From Nitrososphaerota archaeon (GTDB taxonomy: Archaea > Thermoproteota > Nitrososphaeria > Nitrososphaerales > UBA57): a DNA stretch of 32,000 nt. Position 1 is the stretch's first letter; the number at the start of each line of letters is the position of its first letter. A program made the translations under genes and the position numbers. The notes beneath the pieces are model-generated. The model saw only the letters and a program-made list of their open reading frames with translations, made no database searches and was not told where the DNA came from. The DNA is taken from the NCBI GenBank assembly GCA_013306035.1, contig JABUBF010000003.1:28850-60849 (forward strand), read 5' to 3'. Shown here one piece after another: positions 1 to 8,928 of this stretch.

Positions 1-1
1 A

Positions 2-970
2 TTACCTAAGAGTATTCTCAAACTCTTCAAAGGCCCTCAATTTGGTATTGAAGGTATGAGAAAAATCTGTGGTACAACAAAGACAAGAAGACCTCATCTT
101 GGTGCTACATTGAAACCTAAAATGGGTGTTACAGACCAAGGCGCAGCTGATCAATTCTATGATGCAGCTTGTGGTGATTTTGACACTTACAAAGATGATG
201 AGACTTATCATAATCAATGGTGTTCTCCTTTAATGGATCGAATTACAAAGATTTATGAAGCACTTGATAAAGCTAAATCTGAAGGACATCATCCTGAAGG
301 TGAGATGTTTTATGTTCCACAAGTCACTACTGACTTGGAAACTACCTTGGAAACTGCAGATCGAATGATTGCACATGGTGCTCGAGGAATGATGTTAAAC
401 TTTATGTGTACATGGTATCCTGCACTTCGTGCTCTTGCAGAAGATGCTAGTATTAATGTTCCAATTCACTTACATCGTGCATCACATGCAGCACTTACAC
501 GTCATCCAAGACATGGAATTAATCTTCCAGTCACTGACTTTATTGCAAGAATTGCAGGTGGTGATATGGTTCATGTTGGAACTGCACGAGGTAAACTCGG
601 TGATCAGAATAAATTCACTGAAATTCCTCAGATTATGAGTAAGATCCAGGATCCATTAGAACACATTAAACCAATGATGGGAATCTGTTCAGGTGGATTG
701 ACACCTCAAAACTACCATTTCTCAATCGATTTAATGGGTAATGATATCCAACTTCAGAATGGAGGAGGAATTCATGGCCATCCTTGGGGAACCAAAGGAG
801 GCGCAATTAGCGCACGACAAGCTGTTGATGCTTACATGCAATCAATTCCAGTCGAAGAATATGCTAAGACACACGAAGAACTTGCAGGTGCTATTCAAGC
901 ATTTGGTAACAAATACGCCGTTGCATCTGAAGAATCTGTCGTTCCTGAATTAGGTGAAGGAGAACAATAG
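2..970 (+). CDS. rbcL: RuBisCO large subunit, archaeal form III-like (5' end cut by window edge)
   Basis: The frame is open from nt 2; LPKSILKLFKGPQFGIEG precedes the first listed Met at 56. The translation carries the RuBisCO signature blocks: GATLKPKMG (KPK lysines), DTYKDDE (carbamylated Lys plus Mg ligands), IHLHRASHAA, GGDMVHVGTARGKLGD (loop-6 Lys), CSGG and LQNGGGIHGHPWG. Confidence 0.9.
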   Translation, partial: LPKSILKLFKGPQFGIEGMRKICGTTKTRRPHLGATLKPKMGVTDQGAADQFYDAACGDFDTYKDDETYHNQWCSPLMDRITKIYEALDKAKSEGHHPEGEMFYVPQVTTDLETTLETADRMIAHGARGMMLNFMCTWYPALRALAEDASINVPIHLHRASHAALTRHPRHGINLPVTDFIARIAGGDMVHVGTARGKLGDQNKFTEIPQIMSKIQDPLEHIKPMMGICSGGLTPQNYHFSIDLMGNDIQLQNGGGIHGHPWGTKGGAISARQAVDAYMQSIPVEEYAKTHEELAGAIQAFGNKYAVASEESVVPELGEGEQ

Positions 971-972
971 AA

Positions 973-1671
973 ATGACTTTTCTAACACATCCAAATAAAG
1001 TTGCCAATACACAGGATTATTCCGTTGCGTATGATCAACTTTTGAGTAATTCAGAAGAAATTCTTAAAGAAGTCGATTCATTACTAGACAAAGCAGATGT
1101 TTCTAAAACAGAATATGAAGGTAGATCATACACATATTCTCGTGGAGGACCTACTGGCTGGTTAGACTATAAGAACGCAGCTGAAAAAGCATGGACTGCT
1201 CTGTATCAGGCAATTGATGTTTTGTTACATAACAACAACATCAAGTCCCAACATGGTGGAAGAATTGAACATGACAGAGAAATGCCAGAACGCCCAATTC
1301 TTGGTCATTATGATCGTAAGCTTGCTTTAATCAAACTTGAGAAAAGTAATCAAGATGTTGCATCAAAGCATCTGTATCAGGCAATTGATGTTTTGTTACA
1401 TAACAACAACATCAAGTCCCAACATGGTGGAAGAATTGAATATGACAGAGAAATGCCAGAACGCCCAATTCTTGGTCATTATGATCGTAAGCTTGCTTTA
1501 ATCAAACTTGAGAAAAGTAATCAAGATGTTGCATCAAAGCATTATTATGATCGTTATGTATCGATTACTGCTGGTTTAAGAAACAACAGTAATTACTATA
1601 CAAAACAAGACATCGAACTAGTAAAATGGGAAGCAAGTCGAGTTAAAGATATAATTAACGAATTAAAGTAA
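973..1671 (+). CDS. Hypothetical helical protein, possibly PaREP1/HEPN-like, containing a 57-aa internal tandem duplication
   Basis: The ORF starts 2 nt after the rbcL stop on the same strand. AAEKAWTALYQAIDVLL resembles the EKAWGA helix I recall from archaeal PaREP1-family proteins; this is from memory and unverified. The block LYQAIDVLLHNNNIKSQHGGRIE(H/Y)DREMPERPILGHYDRKLALIKLEKSNQDVASKH occurs twice. Confidence 0.6.
   Translation: MTFLTHPNKVANTQDYSVAYDQLLSNSEEILKEVDSLLDKADVSKTEYEGRSYTYSRGGPTGWLDYKNAAEKAWTALYQAIDVLLHNNNIKSQHGGRIEHDREMPERPILGHYDRKLALIKLEKSNQDVASKHLYQAIDVLLHNNNIKSQHGGRIEYDREMPERPILGHYDRKLALIKLEKSNQDVASKHYYDRYVSITAGLRNNSNYYTKQDIELVKWEASRVKDIINELK
1201..1542. repeat. Direct tandem duplication, 2 x 171 bp (1201-1371 and 1372-1542), in frame
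   Basis: The two copies are identical by eye except C1270 versus T1441 (His to Tyr). Confidence 0.95.
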
Positions 1672-1714
1672 TTATATTCTATTAATTCTACTCGAAAACC
1701 ATTTTAACAATGTT

Positions 1715-1750
1715 GCTGGTGAGTGTGAAACTCACCCAGTAATTTTTTTT
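1715..1750 (+). terminator. Hairpin plus T8 tract between convergent genes
   Basis: GCTGGTGAGT (1715-1724) pairs with ACTCACCCAG (1730-1739), with one bulged C and a GTGAA loop. It is followed by TTTTTTTT at 1743-1750. This is one of the few GC-rich spots in the spacer. Confidence 0.5.
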
Positions 1751-1752
1751 AA

Positions 1753-1947
1753 CTATAATCCTTCTGTTACTGAATATATTTCTTTTAATTGATCTACAAT
1801 GTCATTAATGTCAATAATCAATCTACGTAATTCATCGAATTTCTTGTCATCATTCTCAATTATCTCCATTTTTATAAGTTTCTCAACTTCCACCATCTTT
1901 TCATTGAGTTTTCGTGCATCCATCTTGGGTATAATTAATTGTTTTTG
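1753..1947 (-). other. Displaced original 3' coding end of the Hsp70 paralogue, cut off by the 95-bp duplication
   Basis: The reverse complement of 1947-1753 reads [64 protein letters not shown] followed by a stop. Its first 31 codons repeat the current C-terminus of ORF 1935..3776. Confidence 0.7.
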
Positions 1948-2042
1948 TTCTCAATTATCTCCATTTTTGTAAGTTTCTCAACTTCCACCATCTTTTCATT
2001 GAGTTTTCGTACATCCATCTTGGGTATAATTAATTGTTTTTG
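1853..2042. repeat. Direct tandem duplication, 2 x 95 bp (1853-1947 and 1948-2042), not a multiple of 3
   Basis: The copies differ at two positions (A1874/G1969 and G1916/A2011). The junction shifts the minus-strand frame and produces ...EIIENKNN followed by a stop at 1935. Confidence 0.95.
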
Positions 2043-3776
2043 TATCTTGTGTCCTCGATAGACTGCCATATCTGCAGTCTTAAGTAACTCTATCGTATTC
2101 TTTTTCTTACTATCGTCATACGAATATCTGTCTGCATCCTCCATAGCTTCTTGAACTGATGTTTCTTTTACATCCAGGCGGTTTTCTATCGTGATTTCTT
2201 TTGACGCTCCACTAGAAGTCTCTCTTGCAGAAACATTAAGAACTCCATTTTCATCAATGTCAAAGTTTACCATTATCTGAGGAACTCCTCTTTCTCTCTC
2301 TGGTATTCCTGATAACGTAAAATTTCCTATCAAAGTATTGTCGTCTGTCATTATTCTTTCTCCTTGAACTATCTTTACAGCCACTGACTTTTGATTATCT
2401 TTTGACGTAGTGAAAATCTGTTTCCTGGAAATTGGAATAGGACTATTTCGTCTAATTAATCTCTGTACAGTTCCTGGAGCTGTACCTACGCCTAAAGTCA
2501 ATGGAGTTACGTCTACCATTTCATATGATATTTTTCCTTGTAATATTGCAGCATTAATTGCAGCACCATTTGCAACACAAGACATTGGATCTAATCCTTC
2601 TTCCGCAGCAGTTTGCATGTAGTCTTCTACTGTTCTTCTTACAAGTGGCATACGCGTTTGTCCTCCAATCAATATTAATTTATCAATCTCTTTAGCTCCT
2701 AACCGTGAATCAAATAATACTGTTTTTATTGTGCCTTCAACACGTTTGACTACTGACATAGATAGTTGTTCCAATTCTTCCTGAGATAACGTATATTCAA
2801 AAGTTGAATTATCATCGGGAAATATGCCCCCCATTTCAATATCCGCTGCTAAATGATAAGATAAATGAATCTTTGCTTCTTCTGCAGCAAGTTTCAATCT
2901 TGCTTCTACAGAAGGATCAAAAGTTGAATTATCATCGGGAAATATACCCCCCATTTCAATATCCGCTGCTAAATGATAAGATAAATGAATCTTTGCTTCT
3001 TCTGCAGCAAGTTTCAATCTTGCTTCTACAGAAGGATCATCAACCTCTTTGTTGTATTTTTCTTTTATCACTTCTTTAAGTCGATCCACAATTACTTGAT
3101 CAATATCTGTTCCTCCTGTGTGTGTATCTCCACTTGTCGCGATTACTTTGAACTTATCATTTTCTAATAGCATCGTAGTTACATCGTGTGTTCCTCCACC
3201 AAACGTAAAGACCATAATATTCATTTTGTCTTTATGTGTAATCTTGTCTAATCCATAAGCCAAACATGCCGCAGTTGGCTCATTAACAATTCGTATTACG
3301 TTTAATCCTGCTAATCTCCCAGCATCTATTGTTGATTGTCTCTGCGCATCGTTAAAATATGCAGGAACTGTTATTATCGCATCAGTTATCTCTTTTTCAT
3401 TCAAGAACTTTTCAGATTCAGTTTTTATTTTTTTAAGTATGTATGAAGAAATTTGCTCTGGAGTATATTTATAACCATCAATTTCAACTGTTTCCTTGGT
3501 TCCCATCTTTCTTTTTATTTCAAGAACTGTATTTTGGGGATTGCTTACGTACTTCTTTTTCGCTTCTATTCCTACTAGAATTTCATGAGATTTTTTATTA
3601 ATATAGACAATCGATGGAAACATTTTCTCGACTGAATCAGACATCTTATTATCTGAACTTTTTATCACCTTTATTTCATCATTGTGATAGACCGCAGCGG
3701 CGGAATTTGTTGTACCTAAATCTATTCCAAGTATATATCCGTCTTTATTTTCAATTTCTTTGTTATTTTTTTCCAA
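1935..3776 (-). CDS. Divergent Hsp70/DnaK-family chaperone paralogue (TTG start), carrying two tandem duplications
   Basis: Nucleotide-binding-domain motifs are [66 protein letters not shown] and LIGGQTRMP. The substrate-binding-domain block is DVTPLTLGV...VKIVQGER...[21 protein letters not shown]. It is clearly different from the canonical DnaK at 30135. Confidence 0.9.
   Translation of the reverse strand: MEKNNKEIENKDGYILGIDLGTTNSAAAVYHNDEIKVIKSSDNKMSDSVEKMFPSIVYINKKSHEILVGIEAKKKYVSNPQNTVLEIKRKMGTKETVEIDGYKYTPEQISSYILKKIKTESEKFLNEKEITDAIITVPAYFNDAQRQSTIDAGRLAGLNVIRIVNEPTAACLAYGLDKITHKDKMNIMVFTFGGGTHDVTTMLLENDKFKVIATSGDTHTGGTDIDQVIVDRLKEVIKEKYNKEVDDPSVEARLKLAAEEAKIHLSYHLAADIEMGGIFPDDNSTFDPSVEARLKLAAEEAKIHLSYHLAADIEMGGIFPDDNSTFEYTLSQEELEQLSMSVVKRVEGTIKTVLFDSRLGAKEIDKLILIGGQTRMPLVRRTVEDYMQTAAEEGLDPMSCVANGAAINAAILQGKISYEMVDVTPLTLGVGTAPGTVQRLIRRNSPIPISRKQIFTTSKDNQKSVAVKIVQGERIMTDDNTLIGNFTLSGIPERERGVPQIMVNFDIDENGVLNVSARETSSGASKEITIENRLDVKETSVQEAMEDADRYSYDDSKKKNTIELLKTADMAVYRGHKIQKQLIIPKMDVRKLNEKMVEVEKLTKMEIIENKNN
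2797..3039. repeat. Direct tandem duplication, period 120 bp (2797-2916 and 2917-3036, plus 3 nt of shared TCA), in frame
   Basis: There is one mismatch (G2826/A2946). It duplicates [40 protein letters not shown] in the Hsp70 paralogue. Confidence 0.95.
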
Positions 3777-3838
3777 TATATACTATATTTTTTTAATTAT
3801 CTATAATAAATATTGTGCAAATTTTCGTTTCCTGAAAT

Positions 3839-4222
3839 CTATTCTGTAACCGGTTCTTGTTTTAAATAGTAGTCTTTTACAGATTCATAGCATTCTTCAC
3901 AATATTGATACCCATTAATGAAATGCGTTGACTCACCAAATGAAAGAATTTGGTCTCTACATCTACTACATGATGTCCACGCTTCTGAAAATTGCCTTGG
4001 ATTAATTCCTTCTCTTGTGATTGCTTCATTTCTATCTTCTCTAGGAAATTTATTATCTTTCTTTTTGTTTAATTTCCTTGGTTTTACCTTCTTTATTTTT
4101 TTATCTTCATTCTCTTGGTCAGTTTCAACAACATTATTCGAATCTTCTAATTGTTCCTTTATTTCCTCATTATTTATTTCATTATTTTCTTCTGTCAATC
4201 TAAACTGTGATAATATACGCAA
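3839..4222 (-). CDS. Small acidic/Lys-rich protein with a C-terminal four-Cys zinc ribbon, immediately upstream of the Hsp70 paralogue
   Basis: The N-terminal half is low-complexity and charged (EENNEINNEEIKEQLEDS...KKIKKVKPRKLNKKKDNK). The C-terminus has CSRC-x19-CEEC. It sits on the same strand, 62 nt upstream of the Hsp70-like start. Confidence 0.65.
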   Translation of the reverse strand: MRILSQFRLTEENNEINNEEIKEQLEDSNNVVETDQENEDKKIKKVKPRKLNKKKDNKFPREDRNEAITREGINPRQFSEAWTSCSRCRDQILSFGESTHFINGYQYCEECYESVKDYYLKQEPVTE

Positions 4223-4286
4223 TTAGAGATATTTTAACATATTCTAGAAGTTATATAAAATATTAATGTATTATGAAATTGATTAA

Positions 4287-5672
4287 ATGAAGGAAAATCA
4301 AATCATTATAGTTTTATTTATTGTTCTCGGGTTATTTGCGGTATATTTCTTCTCTCAATCTACTTTATTTCAAGAAGAAAATAACGAGATGGAATCTATT
4401 CCTTCATTATTACAACCTATAAACCAAGAAATTCCTGTAGTCTCTGAACAATCTAATATATCTATACCTGTTCAACCAGAGCCAATTGTCGAAGATGAAG
4501 TTGTTTTGGTTGAGGATTCTGATCTTATTAGTAAAAATGAACTCTCCGAACCTGATATAGATATTAATATATCAAACACTTTTGCTTGTCCAAAATCGAA
4601 TTTCTCTCCAAAACCTAATGCCTATGTGATTTACGATATAATTGGGTTGGAACAGCTCTCTGTGGTATTTAGAGAAACATCTGGAAACGAAGTTAATATC
4701 ACACTAAGTTTCACGAATACTAATTCCACTTGGTTCATTGCTGATTTGGAATCTCGTGCAATAATAGCTGGCCCTGAAGTAGAAATTATAGGAAACGTTC
4801 CATTATTCTGGCTGCCTATGTATTATGACATAGGTGATACAATTACAAGTCTCGGAGATATTGAACTTAAAGTAGTTTCCGAAGATTCTATGTTGTTTGA
4901 CAATGAAAATATCAATACCCTTGTTGTTCAAGGAGTCTCTGTTATAGATAATCAAAATAATAGATCTGAAAGTATTGTAACATCTTATTATGATAAAAAT
5001 ACTGGTATTCTTCTACAAATTAATGAACAAAGTTCTACATATGAGGGAGAGAATTTAATTGATCAACAATCAATTAATATAATTAATGTAATTGAAACAA
5101 ATATTGATTTTAATAATTATTCTGTTGAATTTATCTCACGAGAAATGCCTTTTGAATTTAATTCATTTGTAATTTATGAACATGATAATTTTGACTGGAA
5201 ATTACAATTCTCTATGCTCGATGGTTCTTTTGTTAATATTACTGAAAGTAGAAGTTTCTTTGAGGATGAATGGGAAGTAATGCGATGGAGAGTTGTAGAT
5301 CTAAATTGTATAATCATAAAAAACTCGCATACTTCATCATTTGATCAAAATTTTCAAAATACTCCTTATCTTCTTGGAAAATCTTATGAATTTCTTATTC
5401 GATCAGATGTCTCCATCGGTGATTATATATTCCCTGCTTACGAAGACATTGGATTAGGTCTCGACATTTCAGTATTTCGTATCATTGATTTTCGTGAATT
5501 CGAGTATAATGGGGAAATATTTGACGTTATAATCATAGAATCCGTTGGTGATGGAGGTCTAGTTAGAAGATATTTTGATAATCTAACTGGAATAATGTTA
5601 CTTGAAGAACTTGAATATGAAGGCATTGTAAGACCTATTCTTCGCTTAAAAGAAAGCGGACTTAGTGACTAA
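4287..5672 (+). CDS. Membrane-anchored or secreted hypothetical protein with two homologous domains
   Basis: There is an N-terminal hydrophobic segment (IIIVLFIVLGLFAVYFF). Two related halves share FVIY...VNIT...S and end in Y(Y/F)D(K/N)xTGI(L/M)L. I recognise no family. Confidence 0.6.
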   Translation: MKENQIIIVLFIVLGLFAVYFFSQSTLFQEENNEMESIPSLLQPINQEIPVVSEQSNISIPVQPEPIVEDEVVLVEDSDLISKNELSEPDIDINISNTFACPKSNFSPKPNAYVIYDIIGLEQLSVVFRETSGNEVNITLSFTNTNSTWFIADLESRAIIAGPEVEIIGNVPLFWLPMYYDIGDTITSLGDIELKVVSEDSMLFDNENINTLVVQGVSVIDNQNNRSESIVTSYYDKNTGILLQINEQSSTYEGENLIDQQSINIINVIETNIDFNNYSVEFISREMPFEFNSFVIYEHDNFDWKLQFSMLDGSFVNITESRSFFEDEWEVMRWRVVDLNCIIIKNSHTSSFDQNFQNTPYLLGKSYEFLIRSDVSIGDYIFPAYEDIGLGLDISVFRIIDFREFEYNGEIFDVIIIESVGDGGLVRRYFDNLTGIMLLEELEYEGIVRPILRLKESGLSD

Positions 5673-5747
5673 CTCGAATTCTGGATATATTTCTCACAAA
5701 ACGAGAAATTTAAGTAATCGTTCCAAGTAGGATAATTTGATTAATAG

Positions 5748-7205
5748 TTGCCAAGAGATTATGATGTAATTGTTGCCGGTGGTGGAATGACAGGTTTAAT
5801 CACTGCTACAACAATAGCCAAGTACACTAACCAGACTATGAAAATTCTTGTTATTGACCGTAATGAAGAAATTAATCCTGCACGAAAGAATATTTCTGGC
5901 TGGACTTGCGGAGATGCAGTAAGTAAACGCAGTATTGATTTCTATTCAAAAGAAGTTGGAATTACATATGATTATCCTGAGTTAGAACATAAAGTCAAAG
6001 GAGTAATTGCTTTCGCTCCTGATCGTAAAACTAAAGTTTCATTTGATGGAGAAGGTTATGTTCTTAATCGTAAATTATTGGGATTACGTCAAGTTGAAGA
6101 TGCCAAAAAATTCGGTGTTGAATTTTCCTTTGAAACTGAATCTGATAAATTAGTATTAGAAAATGGTTTTATTACCGGAGTGGAAATTCTCGACAAAGAT
6201 AAACAAAGAAAAACACTTACTGCAAAAATTGTTGTAGACGCTACAGGTTCTGCCTCTAAACTCCGCCAAAACCTTCCTATTGAGAATTCTTTCATGGAGA
6301 AACAAATTGATCGTGAAAATGATATGGAAACTACTGGTAGATATATACTCGAATTTGATAGAGGTGAAACTGATACATCACTTTTTGACGATGATTATTG
6401 TATAATACATCTTAATCAGGATATTGCCCCAGGTGGCTATGCTTGGGTATTCCCAAAATCAAAAAATAAAGTTAATATCGGACTCGGCGTTCAGAAAAAA
6501 AGACTTGTTACACGTAATCAGCGATTAGGTAAAAACGACACTCTTCAAAGTTTAATTGACGATTACATTAGTTCAAATACGTCAATTAAGAACTATAGAT
6601 TATCTTCAGACGATGCCGATTCAGGAAATTCACGAGGAAACTGGCAAGTTCCAGTAAGAAGGCAAAATGATTGTATGGTGGAAAATGGTTATGTAATAGT
6701 TGGAGATGCTGCTTGGTTACCTAGACCAATAGATGCTGGTGGAATAGGACCTGGAATATTTGCAAGCGTTATTGCTGGTAAAACTATTGCTAATGCATTA
6801 CAGGCAAAAGACTATAGTCAAAGTAGTTTATGGAATTATAATACTGAATACGTACGAAATTATGGTTATCAGATGGCTAGCTTTGAAATACTTCGTAGAT
6901 TCTTACAAATAGTATTAAATGAAAAAATCAGTTATGGAATGAAACATTTTCTCTCTGCAGATGATGTAGAAAAAATTGTTTCCAGAGAACACCCAAGTTT
7001 TGATAAAGTAAACATGTTTAATCCTCTTATGCTCTTTAAAATACTCACACATTGGAGTCTTGCAAAAGAATTACGTTATACTGCAAAAAAAAGTAACGAA
7101 CTTGTTCGACACAATCAAGCTTATCCTGAATCTCCAGAAAGTTTTCCTGAATGGAAAAATAAATTAGATTTACTTCTTAGTGACGCCTACAGTAGGTTCT
7201 CTTAA
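5748..7205 (+). CDS. Geranylgeranyl reductase family flavoprotein (TTG start)
   Basis: It has the FAD-binding motif YDVIVAGGGMTGL, then DATGSAS, GGYAWVFPK and VGDAAWLPRPIDAGGIG, the typical archaeal lipid-saturase layout. Confidence 0.85.
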   Translation: MPRDYDVIVAGGGMTGLITATTIAKYTNQTMKILVIDRNEEINPARKNISGWTCGDAVSKRSIDFYSKEVGITYDYPELEHKVKGVIAFAPDRKTKVSFDGEGYVLNRKLLGLRQVEDAKKFGVEFSFETESDKLVLENGFITGVEILDKDKQRKTLTAKIVVDATGSASKLRQNLPIENSFMEKQIDRENDMETTGRYILEFDRGETDTSLFDDDYCIIHLNQDIAPGGYAWVFPKSKNKVNIGLGVQKKRLVTRNQRLGKNDTLQSLIDDYISSNTSIKNYRLSSDDADSGNSRGNWQVPVRRQNDCMVENGYVIVGDAAWLPRPIDAGGIGPGIFASVIAGKTIANALQAKDYSQSSLWNYNTEYVRNYGYQMASFEILRRFLQIVLNEKISYGMKHFLSADDVEKIVSREHPSFDKVNMFNPLMLFKILTHWSLAKELRYTAKKSNELVRHNQAYPESPESFPEWKNKLDLLLSDAYSRFS

Positions 7206-7211
7206 TTTATA

Positions 7212-8891
7212 TCATTGATTATTTTTTAATTCTCTTCGTAGAATTTTTCCAATCAAACTTTTTGGTAGTTCGTCTCTAAATTCTATCTCTTTAGGAACTT
7301 TATATCCTGTTAATTTAGTTCTACAGAATTCAATTAATTCTTCTTCACTTGAAGTTTTTCCTTCTTTGAAAACTACAAATGCTTTGATATATTCAGATAA
7401 ATCTTTATTCTTCATTCCTACAGCTGCTGCTTCTAGTACATTTTCATTTTCATAAAGTACATCTTCAACATCCCTTGGATAAACGTTAAATCCAGCTACT
7501 TTGATCATATCCTTTTTACGATCAATAATATAAAAATAACCTTCTTCATCCATCTTTCCAATATCACCTGTTAACAGCCAATCGTTTTTGATCATATCAT
7601 CTGTAGCTTTCTTATTTTCCCAATATCCTTTCATTACAATTGGACCTTTTATCGCTATTTCACCAATTTCATTTACTTTACAAAACTCATTATGATTCTC
7701 ACTATTCACTATTGCCACATCACACATTGGCAATGGAACACCTATTGATCCAACTTTTGCTAGATTCATGTCATGAACTGGGTTGAAAGTTACTGCTCCA
7801 GTAGTTTCACTTAATCCATATAATTCCACTAGTGGCGACTTTGATTTCTCAACAAATTGTTTTACTACTGCATCTGGTAATGCCATAGCAGCCGCAAAAG
7901 AAATTCTAAGTGACGATAATTCTGATTTTTTCATATTTGGATGATCAATTAATCTTGTAAACATGGTAGTAACGCCTGGGAATATTGTAATCTTACTTTT
8001 TTCAATTGTTTTTAAAACTTGTTTTTCTTCAAAGCTAGGAAGTAAAACAACTTTGCCACCAGATCTCATCATTATCATCTGGCCAATAAAACCGAATATG
8101 TGAAATAATGGCAGTACTATTAGTGCAGTGTCGTTCTTTTCTCTTAATCTCACCCATTCACAAACCATTTCCACTTCTGTTATGATATTTTTATGTGTTA
8201 ACATTGCACCTTTAGATTTTCCAGTTGTTCCTCCAGTATATTGAAGTGCTGCAACATCCTCGGATATAGATGTACTTTCTGGTCGTGTAGTATCACCAGA
8301 ATTCAATACTTCCATAAAATCAATTGTATCATTGAATTTTCTTTTTTTAACTTTAACAAACGCTAAACGTTTTTTTATGCCTGGTAGAAATTCCGTAACA
8401 CTTGTAGTAATTACTTTTTCAATATTGAGATTTCCTCTATTCTCATGGAATCCTTGATATAAATCCCTCATTATCGGTTTTTTTATTAAATCTGTGCAAG
8501 CAATAACAACCCTTGGTTTTGCATCAAGTAATTGCGATTCAATTTCTGCTGGTGTATAAAGAAAATTCGTTCCAACTGCAATTGCGTCAGCCTTTAAAAT
8601 TCCGTACAGTGCAATTGGAAATTGTGGAATATTTGGTAATAAAAGTGCAACACGATCCCCTTTTTTTACACCTAATTTTATTAACCCATTTGCAAATTTA
8701 TTTGAAAGTTCATTAATTTCATTATACGTAAAAGTTTTTCCATTATATTCATATGCTATCTCGCTAGAATATTTCTTGCAAATATTATCTATATAATCTC
8801 CAAAAGTTACATCTGGTACATCTATATTGAATTTTAATCCTTCTGGATATTTGTCTAACCAAATTCTCTCCTGTTCACTAGTATTTGACAT
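7212..8891 (-). CDS. AMP-dependent acyl-CoA synthetase / long-chain fatty-acid-CoA ligase
   Basis: The AMP-binding motif is LQYTGGTTGKSKGAMLTHKN. Also present are YGLSETTG, TGDIG..DEEGYFYIIDRKKDMIK and C-terminal YKVPK. Confidence 0.9.
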   Translation of the reverse strand: MSNTSEQERIWLDKYPEGLKFNIDVPDVTFGDYIDNICKKYSSEIAYEYNGKTFTYNEINELSNKFANGLIKLGVKKGDRVALLLPNIPQFPIALYGILKADAIAVGTNFLYTPAEIESQLLDAKPRVVIACTDLIKKPIMRDLYQGFHENRGNLNIEKVITTSVTEFLPGIKKRLAFVKVKKRKFNDTIDFMEVLNSGDTTRPESTSISEDVAALQYTGGTTGKSKGAMLTHKNIITEVEMVCEWVRLREKNDTALIVLPLFHIFGFIGQMIMMRSGGKVVLLPSFEEKQVLKTIEKSKITIFPGVTTMFTRLIDHPNMKKSELSSLRISFAAAMALPDAVVKQFVEKSKSPLVELYGLSETTGAVTFNPVHDMNLAKVGSIGVPLPMCDVAIVNSENHNEFCKVNEIGEIAIKGPIVMKGYWENKKATDDMIKNDWLLTGDIGKMDEEGYFYIIDRKKDMIKVAGFNVYPRDVEDVLYENENVLEAAAVGMKNKDLSEYIKAFVVFKEGKTSSEEELIEFCRTKLTGYKVPKEIEFRDELPKSLIGKILRRELKNNQ

Positions 8892-8928
8892 CTATCATAT
8901 ATTGTGCATAATTCCTAATGAATCTTGT

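Noticed and set aside
4242-4249. TTCTAGAA palindrome between a TATA-like run and the start of the zinc-ribbon/Hsp70-paralogue unit, as a possible heat-shock operator
   Set aside because: An 8-bp AT-rich palindrome is expected by chance in this composition. I did not find it upstream of hsp20, grpE or the thermosome gene.
5689-5709. Hairpin ATTTCTC-N7-GAGAAAT after the stop of ORF 4287..5672
   Set aside because: The stem is a weak 7-bp AT-rich one with no following T-run. It could be a terminator or an operator for the downstream reductase gene, but the sequence offers no further support.
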